From positions 11,143-75,142 of the IMG/VR virus record IMGVR_UViG_3300025018_000137: 64,000 bases of DNA. One strand, written 5' to 3'. Position 1 is the first letter of the stretch, and every line of letters starts with the position of its first letter. The notes beneath the pieces were generated by a model. It had not been told where the DNA came from, did not search any database, and worked only from the letters and a program-made list of their open reading frames with translations. This DNA is from a virus (Duplodnaviria > Caudoviricetes). The position numbers and the translations under genes are program-made. Positions 25,100 through 34,700 of the stretch are shown piece by piece.

Positions 25100-27120
25100 C
25101 AGATTTCCTCCAAAATGAATTGCGCCGGAAGACCGACCGAGCTTGCCACGGCATACTGCAGGTACCTCGTATTGTACTTCAGAAGCATGAGGCCATAGCC
25201 GACCGTTGGATCGGTAGTCCGGAAAGTGGTGGCGTCCGGCTCGAACACGATTCCGCCGAGCGATTCGCTCAGCCATGTCAGAGAAGAAACCGAGTATATC
25301 GGGTAGGCCACGCTGCCCTGCCCGTTGATTACCTCGATCAACTCCCCCTCGTCATCAGAGCCTGCTTCCTCTCGGATGGAAACGACAGTCTGGTATGCCG
25401 GCGCTACCGACACCTCTCCGACCGGGCTGGTTACCTGCAGGCGCACATTGGTCCGGAACGGAGACGGGTAGACATTGACGACGCCCGAATCAGGGACCGA
25501 TTCGCTCGCGATGTACTCCAGCCGATCTTGGAAGTCCGACTCTACGTCGACAATCCGGAAGCTATCGTACACTCGACGGGGAACCAATTGCTCGGACAGC
25601 TCTAGGATGTCCTCGACTTCTGCCAGCACCAGATCGGGGGTGGCGTCATCGTAGCGGTTCGTGGCTACCGGGAACTTCTTTCGGGCCAGAAACGTGCCAT
25701 CCTTCTTGGATTCGAGGACGCCGCCCGCTGCTTCCACGATCGTCCGGGCGAACACCAAAGGAGATGCTTGTTCCGCTGCGAGGCGATACGCGGGGATTGT
25801 CCAGTCAACGATCTGCCAATCGATCGTAGTCCCGGGGATTACCGAGGATAACGCGGCCTCAGCAGCAGCTCGGGCAGTGACTGGTACCTCATACGTGACG
25901 GAGTAGGGGTCGGCCCGTGGGGTCTCGTAATCACGGGTTTTTGAGACACCCGAGATCGAAGACACCAACGAGTCTACCGCGCTCCGGACGACCTCTTTCG
26001 AGTCCACGACTAGAACGTAATCATCCCCGAATAGGCTGAGGGTGAATTCTTCCCCTTGCACGAAGTCTAGGAAGTCATCATGGTTCGCTATCTGTAGGTT
26101 CCCGATCCAGTGGACCTGATCCTCAGTTCTGGAAATCCGAACACTCCGCACGTCGATCGTACGCCCGCGCAACGTGATCTTCGGCTCCCCGGTAAGCACG
26201 AACAGCGAACTGCCGGGCATCAGCCATCGGGAAGAGAACACCGACAAGATAGGATCGAAAGCCAGCATGTCGTATCCGGCCGCAAACTCTTGAGGTATCC
26301 GGTTCGTCAGGTTGTACACCCCATCGAAAGCCGCAAAGCTCGGGCCACGAATGGGGTACTCCACCTCGAACGACGCCTGAAGCCAGAGGCCGTACGAGGC
26401 GTCGAAGTCCGTGGACAGCTTTGCTCGTAGGTCTAGATCGTAAAGCCCGACGAACTCCGCCCCCAAACGGCCGCGTATGTTCCAGTCAGTCTCAAACTCT
26501 ACCGAGAAGGTGTAACCCCATGTCGCGTCAAAACTCTGCATCGTCTCTGCCCCTAGCAGTCTGTGCGACAAAACGAATTCAGCTTGCACCGATCCGGTAG
26601 CGAGCATGTAGGTCGCGTCGAATACGCCGGACAGTATCCCGCGCACATCGTATGGTGAATCGAAAACCCCGAGAGTACGGTTGAAGGTGTAGGACGATTC
26701 CAGTTCGGTCTGGACCAGACTCCTGAGCGAGTACGGGGCCTCGAACTCCGCCGGCACCAACCCGCGCAGGGAGTAGGGGGCCTCGAACTCCGAGAACAGC
26801 TCTAGCTTCAGGCGGTACTCTGCGTCGAACTCGGCGCTGGTACCGAGAATGAGGCGGTACGACGCATCGAAGTCTGTGGAGACCCCGGTCAGGGACCACA
26901 GGGATGCGAACTCTTGCTGCCGAAGTGCAGGTATCTTCCAGCTAGTGAAGAACTCAGACCGTACGGTCCCCTGCGCTAGAGCGTATCGAGCCTCGAATTC
27001 TGCCGTCAGGTTGCCGAGGACCAGCAGTTCGTAGTCAGCGACGAACGCGGCCGAAATTCTCTGGGGGATTCTACCCCCCGACTCGTTGAACCCTGCGCTG
27101 TTGAACTCGAAAAGATTCAC
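25099..27120 (-). CDS. Tail tip/hub protein with ~20 N-terminal 14-aa aromatic repeats
   Basis: Repeats such as SAEFDAEYRLKLEL and FSEFEAPYSLRGLV; C-terminal hub-like region (IVDWTIP...ARTIVEAAGG). Confidence 0.6.
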   Translation of the reverse strand: MNLFEFNSAGFNESGGRIPQRISAAFVADYELLVLGNLTAEFEARYALAQGTVRSEFFTSWKIPALRQQEFASLWSLTGVSTDFDASYRLILGTSAEFDAEYRLKLELFSEFEAPYSLRGLVPAEFEAPYSLRSLVQTELESSYTFNRTLGVFDSPYDVRGILSGVFDATYMLATGSVQAEFVLSHRLLGAETMQSFDATWGYTFSVEFETDWNIRGRLGAEFVGLYDLDLRAKLSTDFDASYGLWLQASFEVEYPIRGPSFAAFDGVYNLTNRIPQEFAAGYDMLAFDPILSVFSSRWLMPGSSLFVLTGEPKITLRGRTIDVRSVRISRTEDQVHWIGNLQIANHDDFLDFVQGEEFTLSLFGDDYVLVVDSKEVVRSAVDSLVSSISGVSKTRDYETPRADPYSVTYEVPVTARAAAEAALSSVIPGTTIDWQIVDWTIPAYRLAAEQASPLVFARTIVEAAGGVLESKKDGTFLARKKFPVATNRYDDATPDLVLAEVEDILELSEQLVPRRVYDSFRIVDVESDFQDRLEYIASESVPDSGVVNVYPSPFRTNVRLQVTSPVGEVSVAPAYQTVVSIREEAGSDDEGELIEVINGQGSVAYPIYSVSSLTWLSESLGGIVFEPDATTFRTTDPTVGYGLMLLKYNTRYLQYAVASSVGLPAQFILEEI

Positions 27121-27139
27121 TACTGGAGCCTACGCAGGG

Positions 27140-29011
27140 TTACTTGATCCGGCTGGTGCTAACCACGTCCTCGGACAGTTTACCATTGATGAGAACTGAA
27201 TCGACATCGCTCCCAGTTGCGAAACCGATTGTCGGAGTGGGCATCTCAGGGTCTGAACTCAGAAAGTTGAATCGGAAGTTGAACTGCCCTATGCCAGTAA
27301 TGTTCGCCAACCCTGCATGTTCACTATCCAGAGGGGTGTCGGACCGCCGTGAACTGATAGGTGCATTGTCCGTGAAATTGATTACAAATATCAAGCCATC
27401 TTGCTTCGTGCTGACCGGAGAAAATCTATTCTGTACGCTAAAGTGAATTCCGTTAGCTATCCAACTCTCCACAAAAGCAGAATTCCACGGCGTAGTGAAC
27501 GGCGTTCCTCCGGCTGCTCCAGACTCATACGGGCTGGTCTTCAGTGCTTTCGGTATCCACAGCGAGTTTGTGTGGCCAAAAGTCCCACTGTTACCGACGA
27601 AATTCCCGTTAGTTATCCCGGGGTTCGGCTCTGGCCCTTCGGCCACTGCAGAGTAAGGGATAGGGGAGAACGTATGGATTACCTGTGTACCCCCCAGAGG
27701 GGTTTTTGCCTTCAGCGTGTGGGTGTAGGTGCCGCTTCGGCCGGACTCACGAGACCCGGAAAGGGTTTCTCGAATCTCAGACCACACGTAGAACTGGCCT
27801 TCTAGGTCTGCGTAGTGCCAAACAATGTAAGTCACATCTCTGGTGAAATCGGTGGTAACCGTGTAGGTGTCGTAGGCATCGTCCGTGAGGGAAGCAGACA
27901 GCGACCCGATTATCGTGTCGATGTTGCCTCCGCCTGAAATTGTCAACCCCGGGGCAGAGAAAGAGTGCCCGACATCGGCAGAGAATGAGGTGTTTTCCGT
28001 GTACACGCTATTCGGGAATTTATTAGGGGCACTTGGATTGCTTATCGCGTCATTCTTGCTATCGCCAGAGGAGAAGTGGTAAGTGCCCACCTCGAAAAGA
28101 CTGACCCCAGATAGATCAACCTCCAAGTGAACCAAGGTATCCCCGGCATACTGCGCGGCCAGCTTCAGGGGGGCGACGGTGGCGTACGAATCTCCAGAAG
28201 TAGTCGTAATGTCCATAGACGGCACGACGGTCCCTGCGCCAGCAAGGTCACTCCCGGTCTGGATAGCGTGATTGAAACCGAGGGTCGGTATGCCCCCTCC
28301 TATCTCTACTGCCTTGATCGCAGAAGTCTGATTTGAGTCGATTGTCCAGACGTATTCTAGGTAGGTTTCGATGCCGCCGCCAAGATTCGTGCCGCCATTG
28401 TACAGGCCCACCGCTTTGGTGCCTGATCGGTTGAAGAAGATCGGAAATTCCCAGTGTCCATCTGCGATACCCAGATCATCCACCAGCGCATGGGTCGCCC
28501 CGAACTGGGCGAATGCATTCGCAATGCCGGGGGTGAGATCGCGGACAGGCTTCTTGTAGAATCGCACGTCGGTGCCGTCGTTCGACGCGTACAGTACAAA
28601 CTGGATCGTTTCAAGCGGTGCGAGCGGGTCCGGGCCGTCAGCCAAGCACATACCCGAGATGACCTGACTACTGCCGTATCGAATACCATCAAGATAAAAC
28701 CAGCGCTGCTCGAACCCGACGGGCAGTCCAGACATTCGCATAAGATGCGCGCGATCGAACGGGTATTGCGATACCACGGAGTACCCGTAGTACCCGTTCC
28801 AGCCAAGGCGGACTCCGGAAGCATCGCGCCAGAATACATTAGCGCCAATCTCTTCCGTAGTCGCAGCGCTGGTGTTCCACGTACCGGGGGGAGTGAAGTT
28901 GGTGATCTGGCGTTCGGTGTCAGTCTCGATGACGATCTTGCCGTCCGCAGCAATCTGGAAACGAATGATCCGCCCGAACTTGTGCTGCGGTACGCTCTTG
29001 ATGGCGGCCAT
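27140..29011 (-). CDS. Tail / receptor-binding candidate
   Basis: 623-aa Gly/Thr/Ser-rich beta protein within the tail operon. Confidence 0.55.
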   Translation of the reverse strand: MAAIKSVPQHKFGRIIRFQIAADGKIVIETDTERQITNFTPPGTWNTSAATTEEIGANVFWRDASGVRLGWNGYYGYSVVSQYPFDRAHLMRMSGLPVGFEQRWFYLDGIRYGSSQVISGMCLADGPDPLAPLETIQFVLYASNDGTDVRFYKKPVRDLTPGIANAFAQFGATHALVDDLGIADGHWEFPIFFNRSGTKAVGLYNGGTNLGGGIETYLEYVWTIDSNQTSAIKAVEIGGGIPTLGFNHAIQTGSDLAGAGTVVPSMDITTTSGDSYATVAPLKLAAQYAGDTLVHLEVDLSGVSLFEVGTYHFSSGDSKNDAISNPSAPNKFPNSVYTENTSFSADVGHSFSAPGLTISGGGNIDTIIGSLSASLTDDAYDTYTVTTDFTRDVTYIVWHYADLEGQFYVWSEIRETLSGSRESGRSGTYTHTLKAKTPLGGTQVIHTFSPIPYSAVAEGPEPNPGITNGNFVGNSGTFGHTNSLWIPKALKTSPYESGAAGGTPFTTPWNSAFVESWIANGIHFSVQNRFSPVSTKQDGLIFVINFTDNAPISSRRSDTPLDSEHAGLANITGIGQFNFRFNFLSSDPEMPTPTIGFATGSDVDSVLINGKLSEDVVSTSRIK

Positions 29012-29012
29012 A

Positions 29013-30011
29013 TCAGAGCCCCGGGATGTTGCCGAAGCGCGTCCGTATGTCAGACTTGATGACGTTCAGATCGAGCCGGCTGTAGGAGTCATGAAACTCC
29101 GTGTTCAGGAACGACGTGGCGTCGGCGAACGTCGCGGTAAGATCGGGTACGAACCCGGGCGCAGGGCCTTGCTCAACGGTGAAGTCCCTAGTATCCATGA
29201 CTACATGACCCAGCGACCCATTCTGGACACTGCCAATCTCGTGGACTCGTTCATACTCCACGTAGGTCGAGGACATCGTGGGTGCCCCGCCCCCATACGT
29301 CCCGCCAGAGTCGAAAGTGGGGTGCCTCTCCCACGCGCCGTTTTCATTCACCTGAACGACGGAGGTTACCCGATACAGCTCCTTGAAGCGGATGTCCGGC
29401 TCGTTCTGGCTCGACGGAGGAATGTCGATGACAGCCGAGGCCCCGTCGTACAGGGCCAACACCATGCCGTAGTTGCGCTGTAGGTACAGACCCTGCACCG
29501 AGTTGCCGCCGGGGATGAATTCCGGGCGGTATCGGTACACACGGTACGGGGCGACGTACGTGACCTTGATGATTCCGAAGAATGCCTTGTTCGCTTTCAA
29601 TTCTGCGCGCTTGTCGGTAGAGACGAAGGACAGGCTGCCCACTGGGCCTCCGTTGGCGTCTAGCGCCTGCTCTACCGAAAAAGTCGGAGTGGTGCTGCCC
29701 CGAGGATACTGCAAGCTGGAAGTGTCGCTGCCGTTGAAGACCACGTACTCACTTCGGTTTAGGCTCAAGACTTGGTTCGTGTCCTGTACAGTTCCGCGAG
29801 TCGTGCGAATGGTAGCCTTGACGGAAGGGAACAGCCGTATAGCCCGCCAACCGAAAGTCGGCTCGATGAGTTCGAGTGCCCCCAGCCCTACAACCGGAGG
29901 CGGAATGTCATCCAGCCCGAGCGGGTCGTTGGACAGCTCCAAGGACAAGGAGAGCCCAACACTACCCGTCTGGAACGGTACTGGTACCGTTCTTTCGAGC
30001 TTGCGCTGCAT
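29013..30011 (-). CDS. Tail protein
   Basis: 332-aa beta-rich ORF in the tail operon. Confidence 0.55.
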   Translation of the reverse strand: MQRKLERTVPVPFQTGSVGLSLSLELSNDPLGLDDIPPPVVGLGALELIEPTFGWRAIRLFPSVKATIRTTRGTVQDTNQVLSLNRSEYVVFNGSDTSSLQYPRGSTTPTFSVEQALDANGGPVGSLSFVSTDKRAELKANKAFFGIIKVTYVAPYRVYRYRPEFIPGGNSVQGLYLQRNYGMVLALYDGASAVIDIPPSSQNEPDIRFKELYRVTSVVQVNENGAWERHPTFDSGGTYGGGAPTMSSTYVEYERVHEIGSVQNGSLGHVVMDTRDFTVEQGPAPGFVPDLTATFADATSFLNTEFHDSYSRLDLNVIKSDIRTRFGNIPGL

Positions 30012-31012
30012 TACACGTTTTCGCCGTTGATGAGCAGTGAAAAGCCGTTGGACGACAGAGCGGCAGCGCCCGCAGGTACTGTGCGCTTAAACCAAAGTCC
30101 TGCGGCGGCGGGGCTGGTAGTGAACGTGATCGTGTCCCCGGCTTGGTACGTGCCACCAAACCCTGCAGAAGCCAAAGTGAAGTACGGACGAGAGAAGTCC
30201 GTGTTATTCGGGGCGAAGTCGCCCGATACCGTACCAGAGCCGAGCGAACCGAGGGTATCGCCTGTGCAGTTGAACGCCGTAGCCGAGGTGAAAGTTAGCG
30301 TCCAGTTCTGTTCGACCCCGGCAATGCTGTCGACTATGACCGGGTTACCCGTGTCGTCATACGTACCGGACAGTCCGCTAGTGACCACGAACGACGTGTA
30401 GGAACCGACCAGATCGCCCACCGAAATGCCAGAGGCAACAAAGGTGTTCGCGGATGAATAACCATTGGCCAGCGCAGTCGTGAAGGTCATGGTGACAACA
30501 TCGGACACCACGGAATCGATGGTGTTGATGACGAGGTATTCCTCGTTTCCCGCACCCAGTGCCGACGGCTTATCGGTGATACGCACATTCATGCCGGGCT
30601 GGAACATACCGACAAGCGCCGCGTCTTCGACCTGCACTGCGATCTGCGTGACTGCCGACAGTACCGTAGCGTTCAGGTTGCCGACGCCGTAGATTTGTTC
30701 GGACCCGAGGATATCGCCTTGCTGGTCGGTCTGGGTTGCCGCGAACATCACCGCGTAGTCATCGGCCGGAGTCGGCTTGTGCATGAACACGATCGTGTTG
30801 AACAGCGTTTCATTCGCCGAGTTGTCCACTTTGATGAACGCTTTGCGGTGCTTGACGCTGCCCGCCGTACGTTCCGCTTGGGAAACGTCAGGGAAGATGT
30901 TCCCGGAAGCGCCCGAAGTCTTGGCGGTACCAGTCAGCCTGCCGCCGTTCGTGCTGGTGTCGTTGTTCGCTGCGGGGTTGTAGACTTTGATTTCGCCAGC
31001 AAGAATGGCCAT
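30011..31012 (-). CDS. Siphoviral tail (virion structural) protein
   Basis: NGGRLT...GNIFPDVSQAERTAGSVKHRKAF motif that I recall from siphovirus tail proteins. Confidence 0.6.
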   Translation of the reverse strand: MAILAGEIKVYNPAANNDTSTNGGRLTGTAKTSGASGNIFPDVSQAERTAGSVKHRKAFIKVDNSANETLFNTIVFMHKPTPADDYAVMFAATQTDQQGDILGSEQIYGVGNLNATVLSAVTQIAVQVEDAALVGMFQPGMNVRITDKPSALGAGNEEYLVINTIDSVVSDVVTMTFTTALANGYSSANTFVASGISVGDLVGSYTSFVVTSGLSGTYDDTGNPVIVDSIAGVEQNWTLTFTSATAFNCTGDTLGSLGSGTVSGDFAPNNTDFSRPYFTLASAGFGGTYQAGDTITFTTSPAAAGLWFKRTVPAGAAALSSNGFSLLINGENV

Positions 31013-31047
31013 GTGAGTTCCTTTGTGTAATCGATTTCAATCCACGA

Positions 31048-31452
31048 TCATACCGTAATCAGTTTGATCGTACCAATGAACCAGTCATTCGGGGCGTCGT
31101 AGCTGCCCGGGCTCTTGGCTTGCAGCGGGCTGAAAGACAAAGCGGGGGGCTCATGGTGGGCGTACCGCACCGTGTAGGTCTCTCCGTGGTAGACCAGCTC
31201 ATACGCCTGATTGTCCGCCTCGGCCTGCAACAGAAGACCGTCAACCATCGTCCGGTTTAGCCAGCCTGTCTCGGCGGTGGCCTCAAGCATAATGGAGTCT
31301 CCCTGCTGCAAGGCGCGGGAGAACAGAACGATACCGCCGCCCAAGGTTCGCTCTGCGCTTTGCGCCACGCGCTGCGACTGGTACCTATTGGTCCATTGCA
31401 GGCTGTTATTGAGCGCCAGCCCCCCGAGGGTGATATCGCCTGTCTCGATCAC
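31048..31452 (-). CDS. Distal-tail-like protein
   Basis: First structural gene after the tape measure; WTNRY...ERTLGGGIVL. Confidence 0.5.
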   Translation of the reverse strand: MIETGDITLGGLALNNSLQWTNRYQSQRVAQSAERTLGGGIVLFSRALQQGDSIMLEATAETGWLNRTMVDGLLLQAEADNQAYELVYHGETYTVRYAHHEPPALSFSPLQAKSPGSYDAPNDWFIGTIKLITV

Positions 31453-31465
31453 GTCGTTCCCCTAC

Positions 31466-31711
31466 TCAGCCTTCGTACGGGCTTTTGGGCTGCGCGATGC
31501 TGCGCACCATCCGCATGAACCCATTTTCCATCTCGGTCCGGGCTATCGCCAGCTCTCGCTGGTCTATCCGCTGATCTCTGCGGAGAGTCAGCCACAGCGA
31601 TGCAACCTGCTTCTCGACCGCCTTGCACTGATTGATGAGGTCGATCTCTTGGTGCCCGAAGTCTCGATACCCATCGATCTGCTTGTGCTGATTGTCTACC
31701 ATCTCACTCAC
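31466..31711 (-). CDS. acb2: Acb2-family anti-CBASS cyclic-nucleotide sponge
   Basis: DNQHKQIDGYRD...EIDLINQCK...LAIART....GFMRMVRSIAQP closely matches the Acb2/Vs.4 signature as I recall it (DNQHKKIKGYRDL...LAIGKT..QTGMM..IRAIAQP). Confidence 0.85.
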   Translation of the reverse strand: MSEMVDNQHKQIDGYRDFGHQEIDLINQCKAVEKQVASLWLTLRRDQRIDQRELAIARTEMENGFMRMVRSIAQPKSPYEG

Positions 31712-34700
31712 CTCTGCTCAAGTTTCTCAGCGCCCGGGTCAACCCCGACACCATTTCGCGATCGCCGGACATCCGGAACGAACCGCCACCTACGTTGAGA
31801 TTTACATCGACGACATCCCGTACTCCAGTGGAGCCTGCCCCGTCGACGGAAACAGATGGGGCGCGTACTGCACCAACGAATCCGCCAGATGCGAATCCCG
31901 GGAACTGCAATGCACGGCCTCGCTTCGCCAGTTGCTGCAATCGGTAGAAGAAGCTCGGGCCGAAGTGACGCACAGTCTTGGCGTCCATCACGAACTCTTT
32001 TGCCGAAAGCATGGCCATGATCGAATCAGAAGTCGGCGTGCCCGGTCCCTCGACCAGACCGCCAGATGCGAACCCTGCTCCGGGGCCAGAACCCCCGGGT
32101 CGCCTTCTCCTGCTGGTCTGGCTGCCAAAGTCCAGCTCTACCGGCAGCTCGAACGTGCCGTTTTTGGCCTGCTGGATAATGCTCTGCTGGATGTCAGGCA
32201 AGAGCGTATTGAGGTGGACCGGGGGCGGGTCCAGCTCGCGGAACTGCTGATCGAAGGCAGCGCCCATCGCGCCGACCCCTTCTTTGATCTGCTGCTCGAT
32301 CAGCTCTCTAACGCCGATGTCGACAAGGCCATCTCGGACCGCTTTGATACTTTCGTTGACGGAGCTTTCCGACGGCAGAATCGGGGTGACATTGCCCGGA
32401 ACAGAATCTAGCAGATTCTGCAGCTCCTCGGCGGTCGCTACGCTCAGCTCAAGATTGTCGACTACACGCTGGGTTTCGTCCGTGATGAGTTTGAACTGCG
32501 CAGCGCTCAAGCCTGCCCGCTCAACCAGAACAAGCAAGCGCGCGTTGGCCTGATCCACGCGTTGCTGGAAAGTGTTGAGCGTTTCGACAGCCTTGACGAG
32601 AGGGCCGGTCTGCTCGTTCAGAGAAGTGATCGCCTTGTTCTGCGCACTAAGGGTCGCTTCGCCTAGCTGCTCGATCTGGCTCTTCAGCTCTTCGATGTAG
32701 GCAGGGTCGACGATCGGCTTGGTATCTTCCAGTCTGTTCTGGCCAAGGAAAGTCGATACGCGATCATTGAATTCAGCTTGCGTAATCGTCGCCTTCTCTG
32801 CAGCAACCTGAGAATCCCGCAGTAGCTCATTCAGAACCCGCGCCCGCTCGATCCTCTTCTGCTGGGCAGACTGCCCCGCCGCAGTGCCGATGTCCGCCTC
32901 TTCGACTTCCTTCGTGACTTTTAGCAGTTCTTGCTGAAGCTCTTTGGTCCGGGCGAATGCTTGCAGACGCTTTCGGTCTAGCCGATCCGCCTCTGCTCTG
33001 GCCGCAGTCTCCTCGATCTGAACGTTGCGTATGCGGACGAGTTCATCGCGAGTCTTCTCCAGGCCAGCGGCGTACCTACGCCCGGATGCCGTACTCTTGT
33101 CGATAGCGTCGATCTGGCGCTGGAATCTCTGCTCAGTCAGGGCCAACTCGCGCCGTAGCGGCTCCGTGGCTTTGTCCGTTGCCACGTCGATCTGGAAGTC
33201 GAGAGTTCGCGTCTTGGTGATGTTGTCCAGTTCTTCAGCAAGCGCCGCCAGCCTGGTCTGGGTAGTACGGGTCTCCGTGGCGAGGTTATCGAACACACCC
33301 TTGATGGACGCGGCAGTAGAGTTTGCGGCATCGGACAGACGCTTGAAGCCTGCGGTATTGCTCCCGGCCCGAGCGGCAACCGCAAGGTTGTCCACCAGCG
33401 CTTGGCTGATCTCTGAAATGGCCTCGGCCCCGGAGTTCGCCCCTACTTGGGTGCGTGCCAGCGCGTCGGTCAATTGCTTGAACGATCGGTCGGAGGTTCT
33501 ACCTATGTCGATCAAATCGTCCAGCACACCGCCCCTGATGCGTTTGCTAAGTCTGTCGAAGTCGGTGCCGAGCTTGGAGTTAAGCTCTGTGATTCTGGCT
33601 TCCAGCTCGCCGATACGAATAGCCCCTTCTGCGAGGTCGCTGGTTCTGGCACCGAATGTCTCGGGGTTCTTGTCCCGTAGTAGGCTATCTTGCAGTTCCG
33701 TCTGCGCTTTGAGTTCTCCTTCCAGCGCAGCGGTAACGGCATTTAGGTTGCGCTTCAGTGAGATGACTTGGATGTCGTTGGCGGTGAAAACGCTTGCAAT
33801 CTCTTCCGCTTGCGCGCGCAAACCGTCGGAGAGAGTAGACCCCACAGTCTTCGTACTGTCGATGCTGGACGCAATGGCGGTAGCCGCCTGCTCCATCAGC
33901 GCAATCTCCGCCCGGACACTGGCTATCCGTCGCTTCAGTATCTCCTCTTCTTGGCGGTTTATCGGCTTGATGAATCCCTTCGCCCTGCCCTCTTCGATGA
34001 GGCTGTTCACTTCGGCGAGTTTCTGTAGCAGGCGAGCGCTCTCCGTACGGCGCTCGACAATGCGGTCGAACAACCGATCGTTCACATCGGCAAGCCGTAC
34101 GATCTCGGCCGCGGCACCACGAATCACGCTGTCGAGCTGGATGAGGTTGTTGACCGCTGTCTGCAGTTGCGAAGTGAAGTCGCCCGCGCCGGTGCCGATC
34201 GCAGACGCGTCTATCTTGATGAGCCCCCCGTCGACGTTCCCTTTGCTCACCGCCTCGCGGAAGTTAGCGAGGTCTCCTTCGATCTGTGCCAGCATTTCTT
34301 TGGTAGTCTGGCTGGTCTCTTCCAGCGTGTGGTTGAACCCGGTGACGAACGCAGACAAGAAGTCTCGTACGCCGGGGAAGAGGTAGGCCAGTAGTCCACC
34401 TGCCGCCAAGACGCCAAGCCCGACCGGGCCGAATAGCGCAGCGCGGATAGCAGACATTGCGATGGCGAAGGTACGGGATAGTGCCAAGAATGCACCGCCC
34501 ACCAACGGCAAAGCCTGCGGGAGAGAAAGCAGGACGACTACAAAGCCGTTGAGTATCCGGGCTGCGTTGGCGATGCTCGCGCCGAATCTAAGCGCCCCAA
34601 CCAACAAGCCGGCCAGTGCGGCGAACCCCGCAGTGACTACCTTGATACCGGCAAGCGCCGTGAACAGCTCAAGCATGATTTCCAGTGAGGGGAGGAAATT

